A stretch of 56,832 nt of DNA from a virus (lineage: Duplodnaviria > Caudoviricetes). Positions within the stretch are counted from its first letter, which is position 1; each line of letters starts with the position of its first letter. Shown piece after piece: positions 17,478 to 28,574 of this stretch. The notes below the pieces were generated by a model that ran no database searches, was not told the origin of the DNA, and saw only the letters and a list, made by a program, of their open reading frames with translations. The stretch lies in the IMG/VR virus record IMGVR_UViG_3300008259_004318, positions 1-56,832 of that record. One strand, written 5' to 3'. Both the position numbers and the translations under genes were made by a program.

Positions 17478-20400
17478 ATGGCAAATAGACAAAATACTCT
17501 CTTATTAAAGAGATCTAATATTATTGGAAAAATACCACCTCTGAGTGGTTTAACATTAGGGGAAATGGCCCTTAATACCGCAGATGCCAAATTATATTCA
17601 TTATACACATCAGGATCACCTTCACCATCTGAAGTAAGACAAATTGGTTGGGATAGAATATCAAGAACAGGTGATACCGTTTTTGGTGATTTTGCAATTA
17701 GTGGTTCTTCTTTACCTTCAGGGTATGCTTTATCGGTAACCGGTGACACTAATTTTGTTGGTGATATCTATGTTGAAGGTGATATTGATTATGACGGAAA
17801 TTTAGTAGTAAGTGGAAGTGCCGTATTTCAAAGCGGAATAACTGCAAACACAATATATACAGATTATATAGATTTTAATACAGGGGCTACTGTACCACAA
17901 TCGGTTGGTAGAGTAAGTTGGGATTCAGGTACGGGAACATTAAATATTGCTGTTGGTGATAGTGGTACTGGATTAATTGACTTACAAGTAGGTCAAGAAG
18001 AAATTGTTAGAGTTTTTAATGATGAAGCAACAACACTCCAAAAAGGTGAAATTGTATATGTGTCAGGATCAAATGGTAATAGACCAAGAGTAAAAAGAGC
18101 ACAAGCAACAAGTGACGGTTATTCGGTTACCACTCTTGGTATGGTTGATAGAAATATTGCATCAGGGGATGAAGGTTATGTTACAACATTTGGTATAATA
18201 AGTAATTTAAATACATTAGGATTAACAGGAGGAACGCCTGTTTGGTTATCGGGGACGGTTCCTGGTGGATACACATCAACAAAACCAATTGCGCCCTTAC
18301 ATACGGTCCTTATTGGTTATGTTGTAAGAGTAAGTGCAACTGTAGGTTCAATATTTGTTAACATTTCAAATGGTTGGGAATTAGATGAAATTCACGATGT
18401 TAGAATAAGTGCAGCCACTGAAGGTGATTTATTAATGCGAAGTTCATTTAGTGGTACGCCTTTATGGGTCAATACTAAAACACTAAACGGTTCTTACACA
18501 ATAACAGGAAATACAAATATTGGTGGAAATTTAACGGTTAGTGGTACAACATTTTTACAAGGGTTATCTGCAACGACAATAAGTGCAACAACAATAGGTA
18601 CGAGTGGTGATTGTATTGATGACATTTATGTGTCAAATATTCATTCTTGCTCTCCTTTAAATATAAATCCTTTAGATGAAGGAAATGTATATTTTGGTTC
18701 AACAAGTGGTGTTACTATTGATTTGGCAAATAATAGGGTCGGTATTGGAACAATAACACCAACCGCAAAACTTCATATTAATAATACGACATCAGGTAAT
18801 ACATTTTTAGCTGAAGATAACACAAATCCGGACTCGTCACCATTTGTTATTGACGCTAGTGGAAATACGGGTATTGGAACAACAACGCCACAAGCAAAAT
18901 TAGATGTAAGAGCACAAGGTAATTTGTCAACAGATATTGCATTTAGAGTTAGAAATAGTGCCGATACTGTAAATTATTTGGTTGTTAATGGTGCTGGTGA
19001 TGTTTACAATAATGGTGCTGGAGGGGTAATTAGTAACACGTTTTATGGTGAGAATGTAGGTAGAAATAATACTGGAACCTTTAATACTTTTATAGGATAT
19101 CTTGCTGGATCAACTAGTGGTACGACTAGTGATTCTACTTTTATAGGTTATAATGCTGGAAGATCACACGCTTCAGGAATAAGAAATACATACGTTGGTT
19201 CAGAAGCCGGATCAGCAAATACAAATGGAAGTCAAAACACATTTATTGGAAGGGGTGCTGGTGGAAGTATAATAGGTTCATCCAATACGTCTGTTGGTGG
19301 TCAATCATTTTCATTTGTTACAACAGGATCAAATAACGTAACTTTAGGTTCAGAGGCTGGTTTAAGAATATCTGCCGGAACCAACACGATTACTTCAAAC
19401 AATTCAATATTTATAGGATTTGACACGAGGGCAAACGCAAATAATGAAACCAACCAAATAGTAATAGGACATACCGCAATAGGGTTAGGTTCAAATACTA
19501 CCGTAATAGGTAATACCGGAACTACATTATTTAGACCTTATGGAAATGTTGTTATTGATGGAAACTTAACCGTTAGTGGAATAACAGGTACGACATGGTT
19601 TAGTGGTAATTCGTCATCTGATTTAGTAAGAGTAACGCAAACAGGTTCAGGTAATGCTTTTGTTGTTGAAGATAACACAAATCCTGATTCTTCACCATTT
19701 GTTATTGATGCAAGTGGAAATACCGCCATAGGAGTAACAACATCTCCTTTATCTTTCAAGTTAGAAGTCAATGGAACGTCTATGTTTAGAAACAATATGT
19801 TTTTAAATGGGGGAGTATTTTCTGAAACTTATACATATAATTCATTTACCGATCCTAATAAAGTTAATTTAGATGTTGGTAGATTTCATGATCACAATGA
19901 TGGTCCTGTTGATGTTGGATATACATCTCGATTTCGTTGGGATAAAAGGCAGAGTTCCAATATATCTCTTGCTCGTTCTATTGATATACCAGTAAATTTT
20001 ACATCCGGATCATCGGGAACGGTAGGTCAATTCAATTCAATTAATACTTTTTTACAAATATTAGAAGGGTCAACCGTGACAACACCGTTTGTTGCACACG
20101 CTGTTTCTGCAACAAAAGGAACAACAGGTACCGTTACATCATTCACAGGATTTGACGTTCAAGATAATTCAGTGTCAAATACAACATATGGATTTAGATC
20201 TAGATTAACATCAGGATCGGGTAAGTATGGTTTGTATTTTGATGGCACTGCCAATAATTATTTTAATGGAAATGTTGGTATTGGAACTTTAACACCAAGA
20301 GAAAGTTTAGACGTTAGTGGAAATACAATTATTTCTAGTGGATTAACCGCAACAACAATTAACGTACCACCATTAGCTGACGACAAAATAGTATACACAA

Positions 20401-21512
20401 CAAATAATGGTAGATTAACAACCACAAGTAATTTTACATATAACGAATCTAATAATACATTTTCTGTAAATAATATTAATGCCAACGGTAATTTTAATAT
20501 TACAGGAAACACAACTCAATCAGGAAATACAACACAAACAGGTAATTTCCATATAACCGGTAACACAAGTCAGTTAGGTGACTCTACTCAAACAGGAAAC
20601 GTTACGTTAAGTGGTGATACATTTATTACTGGAAACACAACTCAGTTAGGTAATACGTCACAAACAGGCACCACATCTCAAATAGGGAATTTTATTATCA
20701 CCGGAAATACCACACAATCGGGTAGTACAACACAGGTAGGTGACTATAATGTGACAGGAAACACAAATCAATTAGGTTATAATTATATTGTTAGTGCAAC
20801 AACAGGATGTACTTTGGCCGTTACAGGAACAACTTGTTTGACAGGGCCGGTAAATATTACAGGACCTACTTTTATGTCAGGTAATTTCTGTATGAATAAT
20901 ATGAATACCGGACAAACAGGTACAAATTGTTTTGACACTTCTTTAATACCAACGGGGACAACAATAATACATCAATTTCAATCAGAAGGTGGTGTATTGG
21001 CACATTTAGGTGATTTAGCAAGTGGAGAACCAAATTCTAGGGGTTATACTTATTTTGAAAATAATACAGTTTTAACTTCGTTTGTTGCGGTAGGAACTGG
21101 AGTATATACACCTGTAATTGGTGCTCCTCAAACAGTTGCGGGGTATGCTAATTTATTTATTGTTACAACAGGAGCAACAACTGCAACAACAAATAAATTA
21201 ACCTATAACTACCCACCAGCATCTGGTACTTCTTTTACTTTTTTGAAATTTACAGTATCTCTATCTGTTGAAGTTGCACAAAATCAACAATTAACTTTTC
21301 AGATACGAAGAACAAGGGGTGTATCTGTCACTACTATACCAATAGGTATGAGTATAACACCAAACGGTAATACGGCAAACGGAATATCTTTTAATGGTAT
21401 TGCTGAAGCACTGCATCTAGACGAGTTTGTTCTTGTTGTTAGAAACGCCACTGGGTCAGGAGCCTCTAACTCAGTAAGAATAACCGACTTATCATTTTCA
21501 ATGTTTACTTAA
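17478..21512 (+). CDS. long tail fibre/spike-like protein
   Basis: LTLGEMALNTADAKLY N-motif; GNVGIGT fibre motifs; NTFIG..AG beta-helix repeats; GNTTQ repeats; 1344 aa. Confidence 0.75.
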   Translation: MANRQNTLLLKRSNIIGKIPPLSGLTLGEMALNTADAKLYSLYTSGSPSPSEVRQIGWDRISRTGDTVFGDFAISGSSLPSGYALSVTGDTNFVGDIYVEGDIDYDGNLVVSGSAVFQSGITANTIYTDYIDFNTGATVPQSVGRVSWDSGTGTLNIAVGDSGTGLIDLQVGQEEIVRVFNDEATTLQKGEIVYVSGSNGNRPRVKRAQATSDGYSVTTLGMVDRNIASGDEGYVTTFGIISNLNTLGLTGGTPVWLSGTVPGGYTSTKPIAPLHTVLIGYVVRVSATVGSIFVNISNGWELDEIHDVRISAATEGDLLMRSSFSGTPLWVNTKTLNGSYTITGNTNIGGNLTVSGTTFLQGLSATTISATTIGTSGDCIDDIYVSNIHSCSPLNINPLDEGNVYFGSTSGVTIDLANNRVGIGTITPTAKLHINNTTSGNTFLAEDNTNPDSSPFVIDASGNTGIGTTTPQAKLDVRAQGNLSTDIAFRVRNSADTVNYLVVNGAGDVYNNGAGGVISNTFYGENVGRNNTGTFNTFIGYLAGSTSGTTSDSTFIGYNAGRSHASGIRNTYVGSEAGSANTNGSQNTFIGRGAGGSIIGSSNTSVGGQSFSFVTTGSNNVTLGSEAGLRISAGTNTITSNNSIFIGFDTRANANNETNQIVIGHTAIGLGSNTTVIGNTGTTLFRPYGNVVIDGNLTVSGITGTTWFSGNSSSDLVRVTQTGSGNAFVVEDNTNPDSSPFVIDASGNTAIGVTTSPLSFKLEVNGTSMFRNNMFLNGGVFSETYTYNSFTDPNKVNLDVGRFHDHNDGPVDVGYTSRFRWDKRQSSNISLARSIDIPVNFTSGSSGTVGQFNSINTFLQILEGSTVTTPFVAHAVSATKGTTGTVTSFTGFDVQDNSVSNTTYGFRSRLTSGSGKYGLYFDGTANNYFNGNVGIGTLTPRESLDVSGNTIISSGLTATTINVPPLADDKIVYTTNNGRLTTTSNFTYNESNNTFSVNNINANGNFNITGNTTQSGNTTQTGNFHITGNTSQLGDSTQTGNVTLSGDTFITGNTTQLGNTSQTGTTSQIGNFIITGNTTQSGSTTQVGDYNVTGNTNQLGYNYIVSATTGCTLAVTGTTCLTGPVNITGPTFMSGNFCMNNMNTGQTGTNCFDTSLIPTGTTIIHQFQSEGGVLAHLGDLASGEPNSRGYTYFENNTVLTSFVAVGTGVYTPVIGAPQTVAGYANLFIVTTGATTATTNKLTYNYPPASGTSFTFLKFTVSLSVEVAQNQQLTFQIRRTRGVSVTTIPIGMSITPNGNTANGISFNGIAEALHLDEFVLVVRNATGSGASNSVRITDLSFSMFT

Positions 21513-21523
21513 TTTTTATTATC

Positions 21524-22150
21524 ATGAAACTACAGGCATATATATTAAATGGAAAACCATTAACAGAATACCCTAGTTGGTCTTCAGGTGACGTTAACGG
21601 TATAGAGTTTATTGTTAACAACATAACCCAAACAAATTATCAAGACGTTAGTTCCATCACTAATTGGGATAACTACGGTAGTAGATTAAAAGATTACAAT
21701 TATATAAGAGAACAAATAAAAGAAATAACAAATTTAATAGGTTTTAATAATCTTTCTTTTGAAGAAAAGGTAATTTCATCAAAATACTTCGTTGTTGGAA
21801 AATCAGAAAGAGATAGTGTTATGTCCGAAAACGAACAATATGAATTTTGGGACACATTAGTAACGAACTCACAACATTCTAGATTTATTAGATGGGAGCA
21901 TGCAAAAAAATACATATCATACGTTTTATCACCTATTAACTCTTCAGACTTAGCAAAATCAACATCTGAACTATGTAATGACTATATTAACTATAACATA
22001 ATTACAAAAGTAAAAGACGGTATTTCAGGTCTTTTTGATTATTTGAAAGGTGAGGGTGATTATACAACAAATGGGTACCCTTCTAAACCATATTGGACAC
22101 AACAAGACCAAGATAAACTTATGGATATATTAGAAAACGGTAACTACTAA
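21524..22150 (+). CDS. hypothetical protein (possible fibre chaperone)
   Basis: 208 aa directly after the fibre gene; role inferred from position only. Confidence 0.6.
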   Translation: MKLQAYILNGKPLTEYPSWSSGDVNGIEFIVNNITQTNYQDVSSITNWDNYGSRLKDYNYIREQIKEITNLIGFNNLSFEEKVISSKYFVVGKSERDSVMSENEQYEFWDTLVTNSQHSRFIRWEHAKKYISYVLSPINSSDLAKSTSELCNDYINYNIITKVKDGISGLFDYLKGEGDYTTNGYPSKPYWTQQDQDKLMDILENGNY

Positions 22151-22185
22151 TTATATCATTCGCTATATTTATTAAATAAAGTTTC

Positions 22186-25100
22186 ATGGCGAATAAAAAA
22201 ATCTCCGAATTACCATATATAAATGGCGGTCAAATCTCAGGAAACACTCTTGTTCCTTTGGTTACGTATTTTAGTGCTGCGACAGGTGACACTGTCCATA
22301 CATACATATCCGATTTTCAAGGGTATGTTTTAAGTGGTCAAACAATTACTGGTGGAACTTATAATTCTACATCAGGAAATATCACATTTTTTAATAATAG
22401 TGGAGGAACATTTATTGTTTCAGGTATAACAACAACAGGTTCTAGTGGGACTTCAGGGTCTTCTGGAACTAGTGGTATAAATGGAACATCAGGAACTTCA
22501 GGTGTTGATGGGACTAGCGGAATAGACGGGACTTCAGGTGTGAATGGCACATCAGGAATTAACGGTACTTCAGGTATAGATGGAACAAGTGGAATAAATG
22601 GTACTTCAGGTACTAGTGGTGTAAGCGGTATTGACGGAACATCAGGAACTTCAGGTTTAGATGGTACTTCAGGTACTAGCGGAATTGATGGTACTAGTGG
22701 TACATCTGGCGTAGACGGAACATCAGGAACTAGTGGAATAGACGGTACAAGTGGTTCTTCAGGTACGAGCGGAACTAGTGGAATAGATGGTACAAGTGGC
22801 AGTTCAGGTACATCTGGTACTAGCGGATTAGATGGAACATCGGGTACTAGCGGAATTAATGGTACATCAGGTACTAGTGGGACTTCAGGATTATCAGGAA
22901 CAAGCGGGACTTCAGGTATTAATGGAACTTCAGGAACCAGCGGAATAAATGGTACATCAGGTATTGATGGTACAAATGGTACATCAGGAACTAGCGGAAT
23001 TGATGGAACAAGTGGTTCGTCAGGAACTAGCGGAATTGATGGAACATCAGGATTAGATGGTACTAGTGGGACTTCCGGTATAAGTGGTACATCAGGATCT
23101 AGTGGTACATCAGGATCTAGTGGTACTTCAGGTATAAGCGGAATTTTAAGTGGACAAACATTAGGTGTAGGATTACCAATATTTAATTCAGGAACAACCG
23201 ATACCTTATTTTTTAATTCAATTACAGGAGATAGTTTAAATAAAATTACAACAACAACTAACAACGATACAATCGAAATTGGTATTAATGAACAAAATTT
23301 AACTCTTTGGGATTTAGTCGTTCAAGGTAATAGATTATTAAGTGGTAATGTTTCTTATATTAGTGGATTAACATTTAGTGTAAGTCCTTTAGAATATTTA
23401 ATTAATGGTACAATATACGATATAACTTCGGCAACTACAGTTACATTAAATAGTGGTGACTCTACCTATGATAGAATTGATGTAATTTATGCCGATATTA
23501 GTGGTAATACAGGTGTTTTAGAAGGGACTCCTTCCGAAAACCCTGAAAAACCTTTGGTGGATGGGGATATCCAGGTTGAGGTCACATTCGTTTTGGTTCC
23601 TGCTAATTCAACAACTGCAGATATAACGTCATTTATAATTTATAATGAAAATTTAGGATCACCAACAGAATGGACATTTGGTTCAGTAGGTCTACAACCG
23701 ACAAGAATTATTGGTTCATCTACAGGACAAACCTATAGTGGTTCTACATCCATTAGAGTGAGTGGGGTTACTGGGGTATTTACAACTTCATTTAGGTTGA
23801 CAGGATCCACAACACTAGATACGAATCAATACGCAACTTTACAATTTGCCATGAGAAATTTATCGGCAAATACGACAACAAGTCAAATAAGAATACGGTT
23901 TTTAAATACTGGTGGCACACAAAACGGTAATGCGGTTTTAATGAATGCTGCGGGGTCTTCAGGGTTTGTTCAGTATAGTAGCACAAACACGTCATCTTGG
24001 CAATTAATATCAATTCCATTATGGAGATTTTATTTAACAAATACAAATGTTCAGGTTGTTGAATTTTCATTTTATCCTGTTGGTGGCGGAGCTCAAGCAA
24101 GATATTATTTTGACTTATTAGAGTTTGTTGAAGGTACCGCATCTTCACCACCATCAAACAGTTGGACAACAATAAAAGGTGACGGCGCAACGACTATAAC
24201 GGCACCTAATCCAAACGCAACACTTACAATTTCAGGTGGAACAAATATCGGTTCATTTATATCAGGAACATCTACAGTTGTTTTAAACTTGGATAATAAT
24301 ATAACTTTAGGTAGTGTTTCTGCAACAACAATAACAGCAAACACTTTAAATGTTAGATCTATTGGTTCAGGAACATCTATAACTAATTTAGGTATAGATG
24401 TTAATGGAAATATTGTTTCAGGATCAACAGGTACGAGTGGTGGCGGTTCAGGTACTTCGGGTACTAGTGGTATCAACGGAACATCAGGTACTAGTGGAAT
24501 AAATGGAACTAGTGGTACGTCAGGAATAGATGGTACTAGCGGTACTTCTGGTATCAACGGAACATCAGGTACTAGTGGAACTTCAGGCATCAACGGCACA
24601 TCAGGTACTAGCGGAATATCTGGCACATCAGGTACAAGCGGAATTGATGGGACAAGCGGTACAAGCGGAATTTCGGGTACATCAGGTACTAGTGGTTTAT
24701 CAGGTACTAGTGGTATTGATGGGACAAGCGGCACATCAGGAATAAATGGTACTAGTGGTATTGATGGTACCTCTGGAACAAGTGGTTCTTCAGGTACGTC
24801 AGGAACTTCAGGTACGTCAGGAATAAGTGGTACATCAGGTACATCAGGTATTAATGGTACTTCGGGTACTAGCGGAATTAATGGAACAAGTGGTGTCAAC
24901 GGTACATCAGGTACTAGCGGTTCTTCAGGGACAAGCGGAACATCAGGTTCTTCCGGCACAAGTGGTATTAACGGACTTAACGGTATATCAAGTGGTTTAG
25001 TTTACTACTACGATGGTAGTGGAACAACACAAACAGTTCCAATTGCGTCCTTAGTTACAGATAATTTATTATTATCACCAAACATAGGAACACAAACCTT

Positions 25101-27936
25101 AATAACAACATCTAGTTTTAATGAAGCTGACGGAGATACAAAAATAATTCAATATATAACACCCGCAGTATCTTTACAAACAACAACAATTTTACCTGGT
25201 ATATGGATAAATAACTTAATTGCACAAAAAACTTCAGGTACAGGAAATCTTGTTTATTGGATTGTTATTGATGAGATTGGTTCTGACGGCACAACGTTTA
25301 TAGGTAATATTGCAACAGGTAATGTTGGTTCAGGAACATTAATATCAACAACCCAATCAAATTACATATATAACCAATTTGTCTCATCATATCTTTTAGC
25401 GTCTGTAAATTCAAGAATTAGAGTTAGTATATACGCTAACACAACAGGTACCAATAACGCATTCAATATTGAAATGAGAGATTCTACCCTTTCTAATATT
25501 GTTACAACATTGGCGGCTAACCTTTCGGGAACATCAGGTATAGATGGAACTAGTGGTACTTCTGGTATCAACGGAACATCGGGAACTAGTGGCACATCAG
25601 GAATAAACGGGACTTCTGGAATTAACGGTACTTCAGGTACTAGTGGAACAAGTGGATCTTCAGGAACTAGTGGTACTTCGGGTATTTCAGGAACGAGCGG
25701 TACGTCTGGGGTTAATGGTACATCAGGTACGAGCGGTACGTCTGGGGTTAATGGAACTTCGGGAACAAGCGGAACATCAGGTATCAACGGTACATCGGGT
25801 ACTAGCGGATCAAGTGGCACATCAGGAACAAGTGGTATTAACGGAACTTCAGGAACAAGCGGAAGTAGTGGAACTTCAGGTAGTTCAGGAACTAGCGGGT
25901 CAAGTGGTACATCAGGAACAAGCGGATCAAGTGGCACATCAGGAACTTCAGGTTCTTCAGGAACTTCGGGTACGAGCGGTATTAGTGGTACATCAGGAAC
26001 GAGTGGTACGTCAGGTACTAGCGGTACAAGTGGAATAAACGGTACATCAGGAACTAGTGGTACAAGCGGTGTAAATGGAACTAGCGGCACTTCTGGAACT
26101 AGCGGTTCTAGCGGCACATCAGGAACTTCAGGAACATCGGGTACTAGTGGTGTTAATGGATTAAATGGTACGAATGGAACATCAGGAACTAGTGGAATTA
26201 ATGGTACGAGCGGAACAAGTGGATCTTCAGGCACTTCAGGTACTAGTGGTGTTAACGGAACGAGTGGTACATCAGGAACGAGCGGTATAAATGGTACAAA
26301 CGGGACTTCAGGTACTAGTGGTGTTAACGGAACGAGTGGTACATCAGGGACTAGCGGAGTAAATGGGACTTCGGGAACGAGCGGCACATCGGGAAGTTCG
26401 GGTACGAGTGGTACTTCAGGGACTAGTGGTAAATCAGGAACTAGCGGCACATCAGGAGTTAACGGCACAAGTGGTACTTCAGGGACTAGTGGTAAATCAG
26501 GTAATGATGGGTCAAATTCATCAAGATACCTATATAAAAATAATGAATCGGCGCCTACAGATCCAGGGTCGACTCAATTTGTTGCTGACACTAACACTAT
26601 CGGTAGTGTGACATTGTTCTCAATCAGTAAAGATGATATAAATAATGTCGACTTATACAGTTGGTGGCAAGTTTTAGTTGACCAATTTAACGTTTCAGGT
26701 AGACCCGCATTTTTACAAATTATAGAAGTTAACGACAATAGTAAATTTGGGTATTTTAATATTGATAATATTACCGATCAGACAACTTATTTTGATATAA
26801 ATGTTACGTATTTGGCGGGTAATACTACTTTAGGTAATAATGTTGTGTTTACCATAACTTGGAATACTGACGGAGCAAATGGATCTAACGGTATTAATGG
26901 ATCTTCAGGAACATCAGGTACTAGTGGAACTTCAGGTTCTTCGGGAACAAGTGGTAGTAGCGGAACATCAGGAACGAGCGGGTCAAGTGGTACTAGCGGA
27001 ACATCAGGATCTTCAGGTACTAGTGGAGTTGCAATTATATTAAATAACACAAATAATAATGTATTAACGGCAACAGGGACTTCGGGAGTCATAACAGGAG
27101 AACCTAATTTTACTTTTGATGGTACAACCGCAGTAATTACAGGTAATTTAACTGTTAGTGGAAATTCAGGAATAAATTGGTTTAGTGCAAATACAACGAC
27201 AGACGCCTTTAGAATAACACAAGCAGGTACAGGAAACGCATTTGTTGTTGAGGACTCAACAAATCCCGATTCAACACCTTTTGTTATAAATAATTCAGGA
27301 AGTGTCGGTATTGGTACATCTAATCCACAATTTCTACTTCAGGCATTTAGTGGAAATAGTACTTTCTATTATGATCCGACTAGTGTTGGCGGTAGATTCA
27401 ATATTAGTGGTAGTACCGGAATACCAAGAATTGACGTAGCGATTGGACCTTACCTTACAAAAGTGGCTACAGGTGGTAGTGTAGGAATGAGGACTTGGGA
27501 CGATGCCACCAATGGTGGTTATGGTAAAGTTGGGGACATGTTCATATATGCCGGTAATGAAACAAACGGAATAGTCATAATTAATCAAGGTCCCGGTACT
27601 GGCACCGACGATTACATTAGATTTTATGCTGGACGAGACACCACGAATACGTCAGATATACATATCCAAGGAACTGGAACCACAAGAGGTTTTGTTGGTA
27701 TTGGAACAGAATCACCAAGACAAAGATTAGACGTAAATGGAAGTACAATTGTTTCAAATACTTTAAGTGCCTCTACCATGGTTATAACTACACAACCAAC
27801 CAGCGGTTACACATCGACTCAAATATTAATGAGAAATTCAACAACGGGAACTGTTGAAATTACAGATAGTACGTCACCGGCTATTTATAATTATGGAATG
27901 ACTTACGCGATGACAAACTTTAACTATTTAACATAA
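22186..27936 (+). CDS. collagen-like (Gly-X-Y; GTS/GSS/GIN/GID) fibre protein
   Basis: Four long G-X-Y blocks separated by beta-rich globular domains; MANKKISELP N-motif; C-terminal GFVGIGTESPRQRLDVNG. Confidence 0.85.
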   Translation: MANKKISELPYINGGQISGNTLVPLVTYFSAATGDTVHTYISDFQGYVLSGQTITGGTYNSTSGNITFFNNSGGTFIVSGITTTGSSGTSGSSGTSGINGTSGTSGVDGTSGIDGTSGVNGTSGINGTSGIDGTSGINGTSGTSGVSGIDGTSGTSGLDGTSGTSGIDGTSGTSGVDGTSGTSGIDGTSGSSGTSGTSGIDGTSGSSGTSGTSGLDGTSGTSGINGTSGTSGTSGLSGTSGTSGINGTSGTSGINGTSGIDGTNGTSGTSGIDGTSGSSGTSGIDGTSGLDGTSGTSGISGTSGSSGTSGSSGTSGISGILSGQTLGVGLPIFNSGTTDTLFFNSITGDSLNKITTTTNNDTIEIGINEQNLTLWDLVVQGNRLLSGNVSYISGLTFSVSPLEYLINGTIYDITSATTVTLNSGDSTYDRIDVIYADISGNTGVLEGTPSENPEKPLVDGDIQVEVTFVLVPANSTTADITSFIIYNENLGSPTEWTFGSVGLQPTRIIGSSTGQTYSGSTSIRVSGVTGVFTTSFRLTGSTTLDTNQYATLQFAMRNLSANTTTSQIRIRFLNTGGTQNGNAVLMNAAGSSGFVQYSSTNTSSWQLISIPLWRFYLTNTNVQVVEFSFYPVGGGAQARYYFDLLEFVEGTASSPPSNSWTTIKGDGATTITAPNPNATLTISGGTNIGSFISGTSTVVLNLDNNITLGSVSATTITANTLNVRSIGSGTSITNLGIDVNGNIVSGSTGTSGGGSGTSGTSGINGTSGTSGINGTSGTSGIDGTSGTSGINGTSGTSGTSGINGTSGTSGISGTSGTSGIDGTSGTSGISGTSGTSGLSGTSGIDGTSGTSGINGTSGIDGTSGTSGSSGTSGTSGTSGISGTSGTSGINGTSGTSGINGTSGVNGTSGTSGSSGTSGTSGSSGTSGINGLNGISSGLVYYYDGSGTTQTVPIASLVTDNLLLSPNIGTQTLITTSSFNEADGDTKIIQYITPAVSLQTTTILPGIWINNLIAQKTSGTGNLVYWIVIDEIGSDGTTFIGNIATGNVGSGTLISTTQSNYIYNQFVSSYLLASVNSRIRVSIYANTTGTNNAFNIEMRDSTLSNIVTTLAANLSGTSGIDGTSGTSGINGTSGTSGTSGINGTSGINGTSGTSGTSGSSGTSGTSGISGTSGTSGVNGTSGTSGTSGVNGTSGTSGTSGINGTSGTSGSSGTSGTSGINGTSGTSGSSGTSGSSGTSGSSGTSGTSGSSGTSGTSGSSGTSGTSGISGTSGTSGTSGTSGTSGINGTSGTSGTSGVNGTSGTSGTSGSSGTSGTSGTSGTSGVNGLNGTNGTSGTSGINGTSGTSGSSGTSGTSGVNGTSGTSGTSGINGTNGTSGTSGVNGTSGTSGTSGVNGTSGTSGTSGSSGTSGTSGTSGKSGTSGTSGVNGTSGTSGTSGKSGNDGSNSSRYLYKNNESAPTDPGSTQFVADTNTIGSVTLFSISKDDINNVDLYSWWQVLVDQFNVSGRPAFLQIIEVNDNSKFGYFNIDNITDQTTYFDINVTYLAGNTTLGNNVVFTITWNTDGANGSNGINGSSGTSGTSGTSGSSGTSGSSGTSGTSGSSGTSGTSGSSGTSGVAIILNNTNNNVLTATGTSGVITGEPNFTFDGTTAVITGNLTVSGNSGINWFSANTTTDAFRITQAGTGNAFVVEDSTNPDSTPFVINNSGSVGIGTSNPQFLLQAFSGNSTFYYDPTSVGGRFNISGSTGIPRIDVAIGPYLTKVATGGSVGMRTWDDATNGGYGKVGDMFIYAGNETNGIVIINQGPGTGTDDYIRFYAGRDTTNTSDIHIQGTGTTRGFVGIGTESPRQRLDVNGSTIVSNTLSASTMVITTQPTSGYTSTQILMRNSTTGTVEITDSTSPAIYNYGMTYAMTNFNYLT
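22438..23143 (+). repeat. G-X-Y coding repeat block 1
   Basis: 9-nt periodic, synonymously diverged (GTS/GID/GIN)n; boundaries approximate. Confidence 0.9.
24430..24995 (+). repeat. G-X-Y coding repeat block 2
   Basis: Same pattern as block 1; boundaries approximate. Confidence 0.9.
25527..26512 (+). repeat. G-X-Y coding repeat block 3 (longest)
   Basis: About 1 kb of (GTS/GSS/GVN)n; boundaries approximate. Confidence 0.9.
26872..27027 (+). repeat. G-X-Y coding repeat block 4
   Basis: Short (GTS/GSS)n block; boundaries approximate. Confidence 0.85.
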
Positions 27937-27962
27937 AAATAAACTTAATATATTAAAATAAA

Positions 27963-28385
27963 ATGGCAAATAACCAACCAATATTTACAAGACAAGGAGA
28001 TGTTCAATGGACAATATCTGCAATGACGACCGCTAACACAACTAAAGATTTAACTTCAGGTACAATTTATTTGGCATATAGTGCCGATACAACAGAAGGT
28101 GGTTATGTGCAAAGAATTAGATTTAGACCGTTAGGTACAAACTCAAATGCAACAGTTGCAAGGGTATGGCTTAATAATGGTAATGCAACAACAACAGCCG
28201 CCAATAACGCTTTGTTTGATGAAATAACATTACCAACAATAACAAACTCTGAAGTTTCAGCACAAGCAAATTATGAATTACCATTAAATTTTGCTTTACC
28301 CCCTGGAGATAGAATATATGTGACAGTAGGTACTGCACCTACATCTGCAGGATGGCAAGCAACAGTAATAGGAGGAAAATACTAA
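27963..28385 (+). CDS. small tail-associated beta protein
   Basis: MANNQPIF...VARVWLNNG...LFDEITLP...VIGGKY; follows the fibre gene. Confidence 0.65.
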   Translation: MANNQPIFTRQGDVQWTISAMTTANTTKDLTSGTIYLAYSADTTEGGYVQRIRFRPLGTNSNATVARVWLNNGNATTTAANNALFDEITLPTITNSEVSAQANYELPLNFALPPGDRIYVTVGTAPTSAGWQATVIGGKY

Positions 28386-28389
28386 AGTT

Positions 28390-28569
28390 ATGAAATATAG
28401 TTTATGTCAATTCGAATATGGTTATGAGGGTCAATTCTATCAAGAAAGTAATGAAGGAGGACTAGTTAGATTTTTAGATCTTAATTGTAATACTATGAAT
28501 TTAATCCCACCATATGGGTATTTTGTTGTTGAAGATAACGTACCAAAACCTGATTGTATAACAGAATAA
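28390..28569 (+). CDS. small hypothetical protein (59 aa, absent from the ORF track)
   Basis: MKYSLCQFEYGYEGQFYQ...PKPDCITE* exactly fills the gap between flanking genes. Confidence 0.7.
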   Translation: MKYSLCQFEYGYEGQFYQESNEGGLVRFLDLNCNTMNLIPPYGYFVVEDNVPKPDCITE

Positions 28570-28574
28570 TATGT

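Noticed and set aside
22438-27027. Periodic repeats as a CRISPR array or DGR template/variable repeats
   Set aside because: 9-nt coding periodicity with synonymous variation, no spacers, and no cas or reverse transcriptase gene in the window.
22359-27092. Long minus-strand ORFs rich in VP/LVP/EVP
   Set aside because: Antisense shadows of the G-X-Y repeat gene.
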